Source: a virus
Direction: 5' to 3' (one strand)
IMG/VR virus record: IMGVR_UViG_3300045988_127579
DNA length: 64,000 bases
How positions within the stretch are numbered: position 1 is the first letter of the stretch; each line of letters opens with the position of its first letter. The translations under genes and the position numbers were made by a program. A model generated the notes under the pieces. It was not told the origin of the DNA and did not search any database. It was given only the letters and a program-made list of their open reading frames with translations. Below, piece by piece: positions 25,841 through 38,895 of this stretch.

Positions 25841-28800
25841 ATGTCTAAGATACGTTTTCGTCCTGTATAGGGTCCAGAAGAAAAGATAAAAGCATATCCA
25901 CAAACTGATGGATATTTTTATGTGGCAACAGATACCGGACGAGTTTATTTAGATACAGCGACTGAGAATAAAATACCAATAGGTTCAAGTGGCGTTTAGG
26001 TAATTTATGGAACTGAAAAAGACGTCGGAATTGATTATGATGCGGATGAAAACCCAATCGGATATTCAATTCGTTTATCTAATTTATCAAGTTCTAATCC
26101 TCATGTAAATGATTTAATTTTAAATAGCGATGGAGCATTTTATCGTATTAAAGAATTTAAATTAAATGATGATAAAGAAGAAGTCGCAAGTTGTGAAAAA
26201 TTAACTGTCGCCGGGGCGGGCGGTGGCGGAGAAGGAGACTCTGAACAAAAAGTTTTAGGAACTGTTTCTTTAACAAGAATTCCACCCGATAGTCCTGTTG
26301 ATGTTTTGAATGAAGAAAATGTTAAAGTAAAGGTATTGGTTAAATGTAGAACTGTTGGAGGAGTTCCACAATCTTCTTCTGTGCAAGGAATTATAACTAT
26401 AAGCGAAATTAAAAGTGCTACAGAAAAAGAAATTTATTATACTTCTCCTCCTACTACTTATGAGCATAATATTCCGCAAGAAATTGATTTAACTAATATT
26501 TTAAGAAATTCATGTTCTAGTGAAATTAATTTTAGTATTTATTATAATCCTGATAAAGAAAATAATAGATTTTAGAAAAGCTCTGATACTATTAATATTA
26601 ATAAACATCATCTTTCTTTTAGTTGGAAAGAAAGTAGTTTTAGTAATGATAGTCCAGTTGATAATGGACAAATATCTGTTAGTTGGTTAATGTCTGAAGA
26701 TATTGCTAGATCTGTTGAAGTTTATTTTGATGATTATTTAGTTTTAGATAGAACTTATAGTGATACTGATTCTTCTTCTGAAGATTCTTTTGTTATTACT
26801 CCTGATACAAATATATTAGGGACTGATAAAGTTTCTACTTTAAAAAATTATTTTACTCATGGTGAGCATATAATAAAGGCAAAGTTATATTTAATGAATA
26901 ATTCTAAAAAAGGTACAGGAACAGATTTTATTTAGAAAGAAATCGTTATTCAAGAACCAGGCAATAAAATGCCTTTAATTTGGGTACAAGATTTTAAAAC
27001 AGAATATTATACTTATGAGACAATAAGAATTCCTTTTAAAGTATTAGATCCAAATAATAATGGAGCTTTTATAACTCTTTATAAAAATGGTGTTCAAGTA
27101 GGAACTAGAGAATTAGATAGTTCGCAAGTTAGAGAATGGCAATATTGGGAAATTACTAATTTAACTGTAGATGATAGTTCTTATTATACTATTAAAGTTG
27201 GTACTGATCCTTATTCTTATTCTCGTAATTTTAATTTTACAATTTTAATTGACCCTTTAAGAGATATGAAGTTAGTAAAAAAAGATAATTTAAAGGTTAA
27301 TTTTATAGCTACTGGTCGTTCTAATTCAGAAGGAAAATTAGGTCGTGAAACTTATTTAATTAATAATAATAAATATGTAGAATTTAAAAATTTTAACTGG
27401 TATAATAATGGTTGGGTTTTTGATGAAAATAATACGACTTGTTTACGAGTAAGCAATGGTGCTGAAGTATCTATCCCAGTCGGAAAAATGGCTTTTAAAG
27501 ATGGATCATCATCTGCTACTATTGAGATTCAATTTAAAATAAAGAATCCTCAAAATTATGCTAAAGTTATAACTAAATATACTAGATATAAAGTAAGTAA
27601 AGATAATTGGGAAGATAATGATGCTTGGGATAAATTTAAAGCCCAAAATAAATATCTTAATTATGATGAGTTTTTAACTAAAGAATATTTACCGACAACT
27701 AATTATACTTATGATGATTTAGAATATAATAAAATAGAACAAGATTTTAATTTAAAGAATTTAGTTTGTGCATATGGTAAATTAGGGAATTCTGTTTCTC
27801 CTGGTATTTATTTTAGTCCATAGGATGCTGTATTTACAGCTAACGGGGCTCAAGAAACAGTTTCAGTTGATTTTATTGAAAATGAAATGCTAAATCTTTC
27901 ATTTGTTTATACTAAAAAGAAAAGTGATATAGAAGGCGGAAATTCTAAATTATTAGAAATTTTTATGAATGGCGTTTTAACTAGTGTTGTACGTTGTAGT
28001 AGTGATGTTTGGAATATTGATTCTGATTTCATTAAATTTATGTCTAATACTTGTGATATTGATATTTATAGTATTAGAGTTTATGATACAGATTTAACTA
28101 TTCCTGAAATAGTCCAAAATTACGCTTTTGATAAGAGAAGTATAAAACAGTGGGACCAAAAAGATCTTTATGAAAACAATACGGTATTAAAAGATGATGT
28201 ATTTTCTTATACTAAAATGAAAAAGTATAATGATAATCATCCGACTGAACCTTTAATGCCCTATATTATTCTAAGGACTACTAAAAATAATAAAAATAAT
28301 ACGGATAATAGATTACCTTATTCTAAAGCAAAAGGAAGCTAGGAAGGAACTTTAGAATTTGTTAACACTGCTTTAGACGCTGCTTACAATAGTGGTGAAT
28401 TAGAAAAAGTTGCTATAAAAGAAGGATGGAAACCTGTAATCGAAAAAAATGAAGAAACATAGGAAGAAGTAGTAAAATATACTGCGGTATAGAATTATTA
28501 TATGCATCATTGTCCTAGTTTTATAACTGTTCTTAATGGATGTACTTTCCAAGTTCAAGGTACTTCTTCACAATTTTATCCTCGTCGTAATTATAAAGCT
28601 AAATGCAAAGAATCAATGCTTTTAAATAGAGGCCCATTTGCTGAAGACTATAAAAAAGCAGGAGACTAGTATAATGAAGATATAACTAAACATCCTTGTT
28701 ATTTAGAGTGGTTTTATATGGATAATAAGACAGTCGGTACTACTAAATTTACTTTAAAAATAGATTTTATGGAATCTTCTGGAGATTATAATAGAGGATT

Positions 28801-31800
28801 TGCTAATTTAGTTAACGAGATTTATTCTAAACATCCAATAGAAGACTATAAAGATTCTTTTGATAATTATAATTTATATGGAAATTTAGAAGATTATCGC
28901 ACTTCGGTAAAAGGATTCCCCGTTTTAGCTTTCCATTATATGTCCAACGATGATAATACTTACTCTAAGGAAAATAGTAATAACTGTATTTTTATTGGCA
29001 AATATAATATGTTATTAGATAAAGGCTCAGATGAATGTTTTGGATTTAAGCCAAATAAAAAGATTTTACAAAATCAAATTACGGGCAACCCTAAAGTAAG
29101 AGATATGGCAGAATGTTGGGAATTTTAGAACAATTCAAGAACTTTTTGCTCTTTCCGCGACCCTTGGAATCGTTATAAATTATCATTTAGAAATCCTAAT
29201 ATGGTAATCCCTCCAGATGGAGATAATCCTGAATTAGTTAAAGGCGCTCCAAAAGTCGTTGATTCTTTTGAACCAAGATATAATCCAAATGATGATTTAA
29301 TTGCTGATAATTTATTTAGTTTAAAAGAGTGGCTTGATCCAGATGGGACATAGACTAAGATTGTTGGGGAAGAATTAAAAAATGTAGCCCCAGATAGACT
29401 TACTAAAAAAGAAATAGTTGATGAAATTACTGGTATAAAATCTATTAAATGGATTATAAAGAACCCAGACGGAGAAGAAATAGAATTTAATGTTGCTAAT
29501 GATACAAGTAAACAAGAATTACTCTTAGCTTTAATGTCTAACTGGGAAGACGCAGTTAGTTGGGTGTGGAGTACTTGTTTAGATTGCGATATTGAATTTG
29601 ATGATGGATAGAAATTAAAAATTCCATCTATGGGCATTTATACTAAAGTTGATGGATTAGCTGAAGCTATATATGTTCCTAATGTCTATTATGTTGAAGA
29701 TGGAGTTAATGAAAATGGAAAAATTATTTATAAATTAGCTTCTGAAGAATATAACTCTGAAACAAGATATTATAAGTAGATTAATGAAAATAATAGTTTA
29801 AAGTATGTAAGCATAAAACTTACAAATAATTCAGATAAAGTATATAAAGCAAATATTTATTATCTTTTAACTGATAGTAAAAATGAAATTTATGTATTAA
29901 GTTCTGATAAATTTAATTCTTCTTTAGATTATTATTCTTTTAATAAAAATGAAGAAGGTATTGAGGAAAGATGGAAATTACCTAATCCAGTAACCTATGG
30001 CTCTATTACTTATACTAAAGATAGTAAAGAATACCGTCAAGCTAAATTTAAAAATGAATTAAGTAATTTCTTTGATATTGAATATTTAGCTTCTTACCTT
30101 TTAATGACAGAAATTTTTGAATGTTATGATTCTCGTGGAAAAAATGCAATGTTTGCTTCTTGGGGACCTCAAAAAGGTAATATTCAAAAATCTACTGGCA
30201 AACAACATTATATTTGGTATCCTATCTTTTATGATATTGATACTCAATTAGGTATTAATAATACTGGTATCCCATCTTTTGAATACTACATTGATGCTAC
30301 TGAAGAAGGAAGTTTTTCAACTAATGATAGTGTTCTTTGGAATAATTTTTACACTTTCTTTAGAAGTAAGATGGTGGATAAATATAAGCAATTAATGGGA
30401 ACTCAAAATAATTCTTATAGTCCAAATGATTCAAGAGTAAATAAAATTTTTACCAAAGGAGCAGGAAGCGGGGCTAAAAAAAGTGATATTGTAGATAAAT
30501 GGTATCGTACTGATCCATCGGTATTTCTTGATAGCTATGCCGTTCTAGGAGACAGACCAATTGTTGCCTTAAGTTTAGACGAAGAATTTAAGTATATTAT
30601 TCCAACAAACTCTAAAGCCAAAGATATGCCAGTGTTTGGTCGTTTGACTGATGGAGGTTCATATGAGGTTGAAGATGATAAATATTTTTATGCTTTGCAA
30701 GGAGATAGAAATCTTTATCGCGCGCAATTTTTAGCAAATCGTCTTAATTACATCGACTCTTGGTTGACCGTTGGCACTTATGCTAGAAATGGTGGAGGAA
30801 GCTATATTAGAAGTCGTATTTCTGCAAACAATCCTAAGAATACGTCAGATAAATGGATTGAAGGCACTAATACTCAAAATATGGAAGGATTAATTACAAA
30901 TTCTCAGTATTGGAAAAATGATGTTGAATTCGAAGAGAAAAATCATATGTTCGATGGTGAGTATTGGATTAACATGGAGCCCGCGCGTAATGCTTATGTT
31001 ACTATTGGCACAGATGGAGAGAATTTTCCTTCAAAGAAATATAATGGTTTAGAACCAGTTAAATATGTAGCTCCTGATATTAAAAAAGGAATTATAAGTA
31101 GCGGTAATTATAAAGAACAATTATATTATATTTATGGAATGGATCAAATGAAATCTCTCGGTGATTTAAGTAAATTATATTTCCAAGAGTTCGCGGCTGA
31201 AGGAAAAATGGAGCGTTTAACTGATTTATTATTAGGATATGATGGAAAAGATGAAAGTGGTAATGAATATTTTAATAATGATGTAAATGACTGGTCCTTC
31301 TCAAAAGGCGGAATGCCTTTACTTAAAGAAATGAATCTTTGTAATATTAACTTTAAAAAAGACTAGGGGGCATTAGATTTAACTAAAAGTGAAAAACTTG
31401 AAAACTTTAGAAATACTAAATCTAATATCCCGAGAGTTAATTTTGCTCCTGGAGTAGCTTTAAATACTTTATATTTAACCAATCGAACAAATTATTTAAG
31501 TTTAATAGAAGCTAATTTATTAACGAAATTAATAACTAACTATATATATCCTGAAAAAAATCCAATTACTGGAAAACTTGAGGTCTCAGATGAAAATCGT
31601 GGTTTATATATTCAAGGTCTTACTGATGCTGAAGAAGGAAAAGAAAAAACCGAGATAAGAACTTTTGATATTCGAGGCGGTAATTTAGGTTATAATAGTT
31701 ATGAATTGTTACGCAAATATATTTCAGCTAGTAAAAATAGTAAATTAGATTTATCTAATTGTATTATTAATTTAAATAATGTTTAGTGGAGTCCATATAG

Positions 31801-33586
31801 ACTTCTGACTGACACTAAAACAACTCTTGATCCAGAAAGAAAATCTTATTATAGAGATAATGGACATTTTTAGTTGGTAGCTATTCCAAAAGATTAGGTT
31901 AATAAAATAACAAAATCTGATATTAAAAATAATTAGATTTATTATTTAGATACAATAAATGGAGACAATAATAATCATAGTATAATAACTGATTATAATT
32001 TATTAATTGATATTTATAATAATTATAGGGGTCTTAATACTAATAAGCCAGAAATATCTGGTGTTATGTATATAAAAAATAATAATTAGATTGATGAATC
32101 TATTATCTAGAATGAGTTATAGGATAAATACCCTGATTTAATAATTTTTGTAGAAAATGTTAAACAAGAATGTTCTGCCAAGTTTATTTTAGAAAAAGAA
32201 GATATTGATGGAGTATTAATTTAGGAGGTTCTAAAAACTTAGAAATTACCCTTATCTAGCAGTAAATTCTTTGATGATCCAACAAATTCTTCTAGCGAAA
32301 CTTATATTTCTTTTGGTAGCTTACAAGAAAAAATGCCAACTTATGATTTTAAAGGTTGGGAAGATGATACGGGAGAATTAGTAATTGCTGTTGGAAAAAA
32401 TGTAAATGAAGAAGACGTTGTTTTAAAAAGCGATTGGAATTCTTTGTCTTTACAATCTAATAAAATGGATTATATTTTTAAAGCGAGATTTGAGCGCAAA
32501 TCTTATACGATCACTTTCGTTAATGGTGACCGCGTTATTAATGATTCAACTGTAAAGAAAGTATTTAATTATGGTGAAAGAATTACTGTTCCAGAAGAAT
32601 TTTATTATTTTAATAATACAGAAGTATCTGATTTACCAGAAGGCGAAGACTCATTAGAATGGACTTGGAGATAGACGGGATGGGCGGATAAAGATGGAGT
32701 TAAAATTGATTTAACTAAACAATTAGCCTATGCTGACCGCGAATTCTACGCTGTTGGAGAGCCGATTAGTGTTTATGATAATATTTTAACTAATGATTCT
32801 ACTCATAAATATTATGATATTATAAATTCTGATGGAGAGTTATCATTTGTAATGACTGACTTAGCTAAGAATTTAAAAGGTAAAGTTACTTTACCTACAA
32901 CTTATAACGGTTAGCCGATTACAAGAATTAAATATAGCCAAGTTAATCCATCAGCAGCAGTTGGTATTCAAGTAAATCCTAATATCACTGCGATATTTTT
33001 TGCTCCAAAAGATAGCAATAAAATTTCTGTAATAGATGATTATGCTTTTATTTTAGATAGTGGGTTAGAATATTTCCAATTTAGTGATTGTTTAAAGAAA
33101 ATTGGTACTAAAGCATTTTATCAATGTCCTTTAAGTCGTAATAACATAATTCCTTATTCTTCTTCTACTGAAGGTTTGACTTTTGGAGCTCAAGCATTTT
33201 ATCAAAGTAAGATGGGTTCTTATTCTCCTTATAATTTAATTATAGAGGGATGCAAAGACGGTATTCTTAATTTTGATATAAATGCATTTTCTGGTCAGAC
33301 AATTTTAAATATGTCTGGTAATTAGTTTAAAGGTTATACTGGCGCTATTCAAGTATAGATTGGTACTAATAAACACCCAATTAAACAAATTACAGCAGAT
33401 AGCTCTGGCAATATTTTTACTCCTCGTCAAACTGGTATGCCTACAGTGGCTAATGGATACACAGGTCGTTTTAGATATTATTATGTTGCTAGTTATGGTG
33501 AAAGTATTAAAAATACTTTACACAATATTTATGAAGCAATGATATCTAATAGAGCGAATTTTGAAGAAGAGCCTATTGTAAAGTGA
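25841..33586 (+). CDS. giant tail fibre / adhesin, about 2581 aa, with about 40 in-frame TAGs and BspA-like leucine-rich repeats near the C-terminus
   Basis: RBS GAAAGGAG; ATG 25841. Frame 2 links ORFs 26306, 26690, 26969, 27887, 28718, 30104 and 32333. I translated every gap segment codon by codon and found no TAA/TGA until TGA 33584-33586. The N-terminus (FRPVQGPEEKIKAYPQTDGYFYVATDTGRVYLD) is the shared fibre motif. An LRR-like stretch (AFILDSGLEYFQFSDCLKKIGTKAFYQC) lies at about 33.0 kb. Confidence 0.75.
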
Positions 33587-33595
33587 GGATAAATT

Positions 33596-33796
33596 ATGGA
33601 AAAAGAAATTGTTTATAGATATATGGGTTCTAACGGTATTATTGAATCTTCTATATAGTTGACAGGAATTCCTGCGACTACTTTGTATAGATTAATAGCA
33701 GATTACAATAAGAAATTAACGAGAGATGGAAAAGAATTCTTTTCCATCTCTCCTTTAGTTCCCGAAGATGAATTAGAAGAATGGTATGAGGTCTAA
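33596..33796 (+). CDS. small hypothetical protein (66 aa), one TAG
   Basis: RBS GAGG; ATG 33596; ends TAA; followed by a terminator. Confidence 0.4.
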
Positions 33797-33830
33797 ATAG
33801 GCCAGAATACATTGATTTAAATATAAAAAA

Positions 33831-33876
33831 AATTAGGTTAAATAGGAAAAGAAACTATTTAACCTAATTTTTTTAG
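33831..33876 (+). terminator. rho-independent terminator
   Basis: Stem AATTAGGTTAAATAG / CTATTTAACCTAATT followed by TTTTT. Confidence 0.65.
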
Positions 33877-33892
33877 AAAGGAAGAGATAGAT

Positions 33893-35575
33893 TTGATAGT
33901 TAAAAATGATAGTGTTATCGAACAAGCTAAATGGGAAGAGCTTCAAAAGAAAATCAATACTTTAGCTAAAGATAACTCAATAAAAAACGTTAATGGAAAA
34001 ATCGTTGAAATAAAATCTATTGAAGACTATTATAGTAATATCACTGGTATCGTTCAAATGAAGAAATTAGATCCATCTGTTCTTCGTATACCTTTAGATG
34101 AACCTATTATAAATATAAACGCTGATACTCGTCAAATTGAATTAACTAAAGAATTTGGAAAAACACAATTACTTACTGTTGAAAATGATCATTTGGCAGA
34201 AACAATTTATTTTCAAATTGATAGATATTTTGATTTACAAGATTTAGCGGCTGATGATATTAAAATTTATATTCAGTATTATTTAAACGATCAAGTTCAA
34301 GGTTATTCTGAAGCTATTTGTCCTGATATCGGGACTGCTGGAAAACTGATTTTTGGATGGCAAATTAGTGATGAAGTGACTAGTGAATCTGGTACTTTAT
34401 AGTTTTCTATTATTTTCTTTAAAAAGAATCCAAAAGATAATAATAATTTAATGTATGTATTTAATACATTACCGGCGCAAATGGTTATTAATAAAACTTT
34501 AGATATTGACGAAGATTTAATTACCGCTTAGCCTGTTGATTATTTAACTGGTTATCTAGAAAGCCTAATTGATTCAAAGAAATCTGCTGGTTTTGGTGTT
34601 CCTGATAATGTTGCTTTCTTGACAAGTATTTTAAATAATAAATCTGTTTATTTAACAGGTGATAAATTATATGCTTTAGCCTATAATGATACTTTAAATA
34701 ATCCAGATAATACTACAATTGAATATAAATGGATTTGTAATTATAGAGGAACTAATACTGAATTAAAAAGTGGTATTGGTTATGAATATAAAAAAATTAT
34801 TGAAGATAATAGTATTTTTAGTGGAGATATGGTTTATAATGAAAAATTAACTTATTTCACTAAAAATGGAGATTCTTATATTAATAGCAGTAGTGATATT
34901 AATCTTGAAAACTACACTGCTAAGAAAAATGATCTCTATTTAAAAGTTCAATATTGTGAAGTTGATGGATGCGGAAGCTATAGTGTCACCGCGTTTGGCG
35001 CTACTGCTAATCAAGTAAGCAAAGAAGTTAAATGGACTGGATTGGCTATTTCTGTTGAAGGAATTAGTGAAAATTTTAGAATTGTTCTTGATCCTTCTCC
35101 TGATAATGGATGCTATTATGGTTCTTCTAACACTATTACTGCTGTTGGATAGAATGATGAAGGTGTTTAGTGTACTTATCTTTGGAAAAAGAATGGCTCT
35201 GATTTTAGTACTGAAAAAACTGTAACCTTAACTAAAGAAGATAATTATACTTTGTCAGTTCATGGCTATAAAAATAAAGATAGTATAGATTATCCTACAA
35301 TTAGTTTCACTAATTATTTTGATCCAACTAATTTAGTTCCTGTCATTGATAAAAAAGTTAAAATTGAGAATGGAAAATATATTGTTACAGTTACTAACAC
35401 TAGTGAATTAGGCAATGGTATTTATGAATATCAATGGAAAAATGCGTAGGGTGCTACTTTAAAGACAACTTCTGATAATTCAACAGAAGTAGATGAAAAT
35501 ATTACTCAAGGAGCTGTAATTATCCAGAAGGGTGAAAGAAAATCGCAACCAGGAACCTTTAAGATTGAGGGGTAA
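33893..35575 (+). CDS. tail-associated protein (about 560 aa); its N-terminal 200 aa are paralogous to gene 35581..36201
   Basis: TTG 33893. Frame 2 links ORFs 33893, 34619 and 35252 to TAA 35573-35575. Shared motifs with the downstream gene include DHLAETIYFQIDRYFD and NTLPAQ. Confidence 0.65.
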
Positions 35576-35580
35576 GATAA

Positions 35581-36201
35581 ATGATAACTAATCCAACTGA
35601 TTATTATAGTGTTTTACATCAAATACAAGATGAAAATTTTCCAGTTAAATATCCTGCTCTTCCAGCCCCAGAAGATGAGAAGTTGGTTTAGATAGATTTA
35701 AACTCAAGAATTATTAGTAATGAAAATAGTTATATTACAGTTGAAGGTGATCATGCTGCTGAAATTATTTATTTTGAAATAGATAGATATTTTGATACCA
35801 TGGATTTAACTAATATGATGTGTATTATTTAGTATATTAATGCTGATAATGAAAAACGCATTTATCCAGTTCCATATTATGATACTTTAACTCATAAAGA
35901 TAAAATTATTTTTCCTTGGGTTTTAAATTATAGTGCTACTAAAAAATCTGGCAATTTAAATTATATGATAACTTTTTATAAAATAGAAAAAGATTCTAAT
36001 AATTTATTATATAATTTAAACACATTGCCAGCAAGTCTTTAGGTTTATTCTAAACTTAATTTAGATTCTATTGTAAAAGAAGAAGATTATTATGTAATTG
36101 ATGATAGCCAAGTAGTCCAACAAATTTGGGAGCGTTTAGCTCGTTTAGAAGGATTTGTTGGTGGTAATGGGTTGGATGTTTATTGGATTGTTCTTGAATA
36201 A
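35581..36201 (+). CDS. paralogue of the N-terminal domain of the preceding gene (206 aa), 3 in-frame TAGs
   Basis: ATG 35581 (RBS GAGGGG). Frame 1 runs to TAA 36199-36201. Matching motifs include EGDHAAEIIYFEIDRYFDTMDL and NTLPASLQVYSKL. Confidence 0.6.
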
Positions 36202-36210
36202 ATAAACTAA

Positions 36211-36243
36211 ATGGTATAGAATTATTAATTAATTCTATACCAT
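36211..36243 (+). terminator. hairpin, possible terminator
   Basis: 13-bp stem ATGGTATAGAATT / AATTCTATACCAT; the 3' T-run is weak. Confidence 0.4.
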
Positions 36244-36273
36244 TAATTTATAGAAAGGAGTTATTGAAGATCG

Positions 36274-37302
36274 ATGGCTCTATTTAAAATTTTAAAAGGA
36301 AACTCAGACAGATTAGTCACCTATAATGCAGAAACAATTAATGGGAAAATACCTTTTCCATCTTTGGATTCTGGAAAAACTTTATTTACAACAGTAGATG
36401 ATACTACCCCTATTACAGAAGGGTATGCCTATTTTACAGAAGATACTCATAAATTTTATATTGATACGGCAAACAAAAGATTAAATTTATATACTGACCA
36501 TGCGGATTATGCTACTTATGATGAGAATGGACGTAATTTAGCGGAATTGTCAGAAGTATCTTATGAAAATATCGATGATACTGGAAGTAAAATTGGTACA
36601 ATAAATATTAATGGAATTGAATATAATGTTACTTGTCCGGCAGATATAGTGAGTAAACCTGTAAATAAATATGTGTTTACAGCAAAAGCAAACTAGAATA
36701 CATTTACAATTCCTTTCGATTTTGATGATAGCAGTGCTTTAACTTTATATTATAATGGTATTATGTTAAAAGAAACAGATCATTATACTATTAAAGGAAA
36801 AGTTATTACTTTAAATGGATGGACTAGTGAAGCTGATGATTATCTTGCGGTTATGGGTATTGAAGGAGCTGCTGCTATTAATGTAGATGAAAAAGTTGCT
36901 TAGATTTAGGAAGCAATAGATAACGCTGAAGTAACTATTAATAATAAAGTAAGTAGTGCTATTAAACAAATTGACGATAAATTAGCAACTGTTCCTGACG
37001 ATGTAACACAAGCAGTATATAAAAATAAATCTAATATAATGACTGCTGATGGTAGAATTACGATGGATAGTAGTTATGTTCCTACGGCTGATATGGAATT
37101 AGCTACTAAAAAATATGTTGATAATGCTACTCCTCCTACGGTTGGAACTACTACTGATTATTCTATTTATATTGGATCTACACAACCTGCTTCGGGGACC
37201 GCGCCTTTAGTATGGATAGATACAACTGCCAAAACTGGCACTTTTAAATATAGAACTTCTACCACGGGTACTTGGACACCTGTTCCTGTAGCTTGGATTT
37301 AA
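36274..37302 (+). CDS. tail fibre protein (about 342 aa) with the shared N-terminal motif
   Basis: RBS GAAAGGAG; ATG 36274. Frame 1 joins ORFs 36274 and 37039 through 3 TAGs to TAA 37300-37302. Confidence 0.65.
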
Positions 37303-37336
37303 TATAAATTTATTGTAAGAAAAAGGAGATAATATT

Positions 37337-37747
37337 ATGGATCAAAATTTAATTAATCAATTATTCCAAGTATGTTTGATTCCTATGCTTGGCGCTTTAA
37401 CTACTTTTATAGTTATTTGGATTAAAGCAAAAAGCGCGGAATTACAAAAGAAAACTAATAATGATATTTTAAATAAATATGTGCAAATGGCTACTGACAC
37501 AATTACTAACTGTGTTATTGCCACTAATCAAACTTATGTAAATTCTCTTAAAGAACAAGGTAAGTTTGATGAAGCTGCTCAAAAAGAAGCATTTTAGAGA
37601 ACTTATCAAGCAGTATTGCTTATTTTAAGTGATGATGCTAAAGAGTATTTAAATAATGCTTTTGGTGATTTGAATAAATATTTACAAGAGAAAATTGAGT
37701 CTACAGTAAATAATTATCGTACTCCAAGTAATGATTTAAAACAATAA
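37337..37747 (+). CDS. holin, LL-H (phage_holin_1) family, about 136 aa, one in-frame TAG
   Basis: RBS AAAAGGAGA; N-terminal transmembrane helix. The motif FGDLNKYLQEKIESTV matches FGDLDDYLGNKVEAGV in the Lactobacillus phage LL-H holin. Ends TAA 37745-37747. Confidence 0.75.
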
Positions 37748-37752
37748 AAAAT

Positions 37753-37794
37753 AAGGGAGACATTCTTAATTGAATGTCTCCCTTATTTTTTTTA
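37753..37794. terminator. bidirectional rho-independent terminator between the convergent late (+) and early (-) modules
   Basis: Stem AAGGGAGACATTC / GAATGTCTCCCTT with TTAATT loop, A-run on the 5' side and T-run on the 3' side. Confidence 0.75.
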
Positions 37795-37972
37795 TCTAAA
37801 TGGATTTTTCCATCGTCGATTAATTTCTTCATAGCCTTTTTTAGGAAAATATAAAACTTCACCATATTTTTTTTTATTAGTCTTTAAGCGGTAATTTTAA
37901 AGTCCTTTCATAGTACTCTTTAGCCTATCCATTTCCACCTAAACCTGCATATACTTTAAAGAATTCGACTAA

Positions 37973-38305
37973 CTATTCATACTGCCCTGAAGTCATATAT
38001 CCTTGTTTTAAGAAACTTTGACATAACTGAATTAATCTAAATCTATAAGAAGCAAGAATTATTTCAATATATCTCTCACTAATTTTCTTTTCTTCCAATA
38101 CGAAAGATCTTAAATTATTTAGATCTTCTTTGATTGGAGCTATATGCTCTTCAATTAATTCTTCTAATTGTTCATCTTTCTTTTCTTCTGCCAATTTTTG
38201 ATACATTTTCATTTGAGTATAAATATATCTACAAAAGGCTAAGAGGCCAGCAGAAATAAGACCAAAAAATATTTCTATAAAATGCTAGGCAATAAAAGTA
38301 GACAT
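37973..38305 (-). CDS. small membrane protein: N-terminal TM helix plus charged helical tail; holin- or spanin-like; one in-frame TAG
   Basis: RBS AAGGAGG; ATG at 38305; TAG at about 38286; in frame with ORF 37973..38212. The sequence FIEIFFGLISAGLLAF is hydrophobic. Ends TAA. Confidence 0.55.
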
Positions 38306-38382
38306 AAAAAATACCTCCTTCCATTAACTTCTAATATATTTTAAAAAAAAGGAAGGAGGATTATTTATTTAAGGCCTATCTA

Positions 38383-38895
38383 TTATTCCCAATTAAAATT
38401 ATTATTGGAACTTTCTTTCGTGAAATATGCAGTATATAAACATATAGCATCACATATATCATCATTGGCTTTTATATTATATTTTTGCTATACAAAATCA
38501 ATATCGGCTTGTTTAAGAGTTTCACGTTTAATACTGCGACCGGTTTTAATTCCGAGTTTTTTACGCCATTCGCTGGCCTACATCAGCTCTAATGTTTTGG
38601 AAGTAAATGAAGAATTAACTTCATGTGCGCCTAACATTACTGCACCTTGAAGCCACATTAATAAACGTGAAGTGTCAGAATATCCATAAGTTTCAGGATG
38701 AACATCTTCCGCTACTATTTTCTCTATATTATATTTTTTTACTAATTCAATAATCTAATCTTGTATTTTTTGTATTCTATCTAAATTATTAGAGGAAACT
38801 GCGGTTAGCAGTCCATAATTTAACATTTCTCCCTCGTTATTAGATACACAATAACCAGTAGATTTAGTAGATAAATCTAAAAAGAGGATATTCAA
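38383..38895 (-). CDS. ruvC: RuvC-like Holliday junction resolvase (about 170 aa), 3 in-frame TAGs
   Basis: RBS GAAAGGAGG + TTG start. The translation NILFLDLSTKSTGYCVS...EDVH...NDDICDAICLYTAYF matches RuvC motifs. It is missed by the ORF track because of the TAGs. Confidence 0.65.

Noticed and set aside
25841-33586. Diversity-generating retroelement targeting the giant fibre
   Set aside because: There is no reverse transcriptase gene and no obvious template/variable repeat pair in the window.
3625-37302. Treating ORF-track fragments (e.g. 4429-4683, 6358-6576, 26306-26575, 30104-31366) as separate small genes
   Set aside because: All fragments within each interval share one frame and are separated only by TAG, never TAA/TGA. 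They lack RBSs and continue known protein folds across the TAG.
38405-38650. 81-aa + strand ORF with an upstream GGAAGGAGG
   Set aside because: It is antisense to the RuvC-like gene; the GGAGG is the complement-region coincidence of the - strand RBS/5'UTR, and the translation is hydrophobic nonsense.
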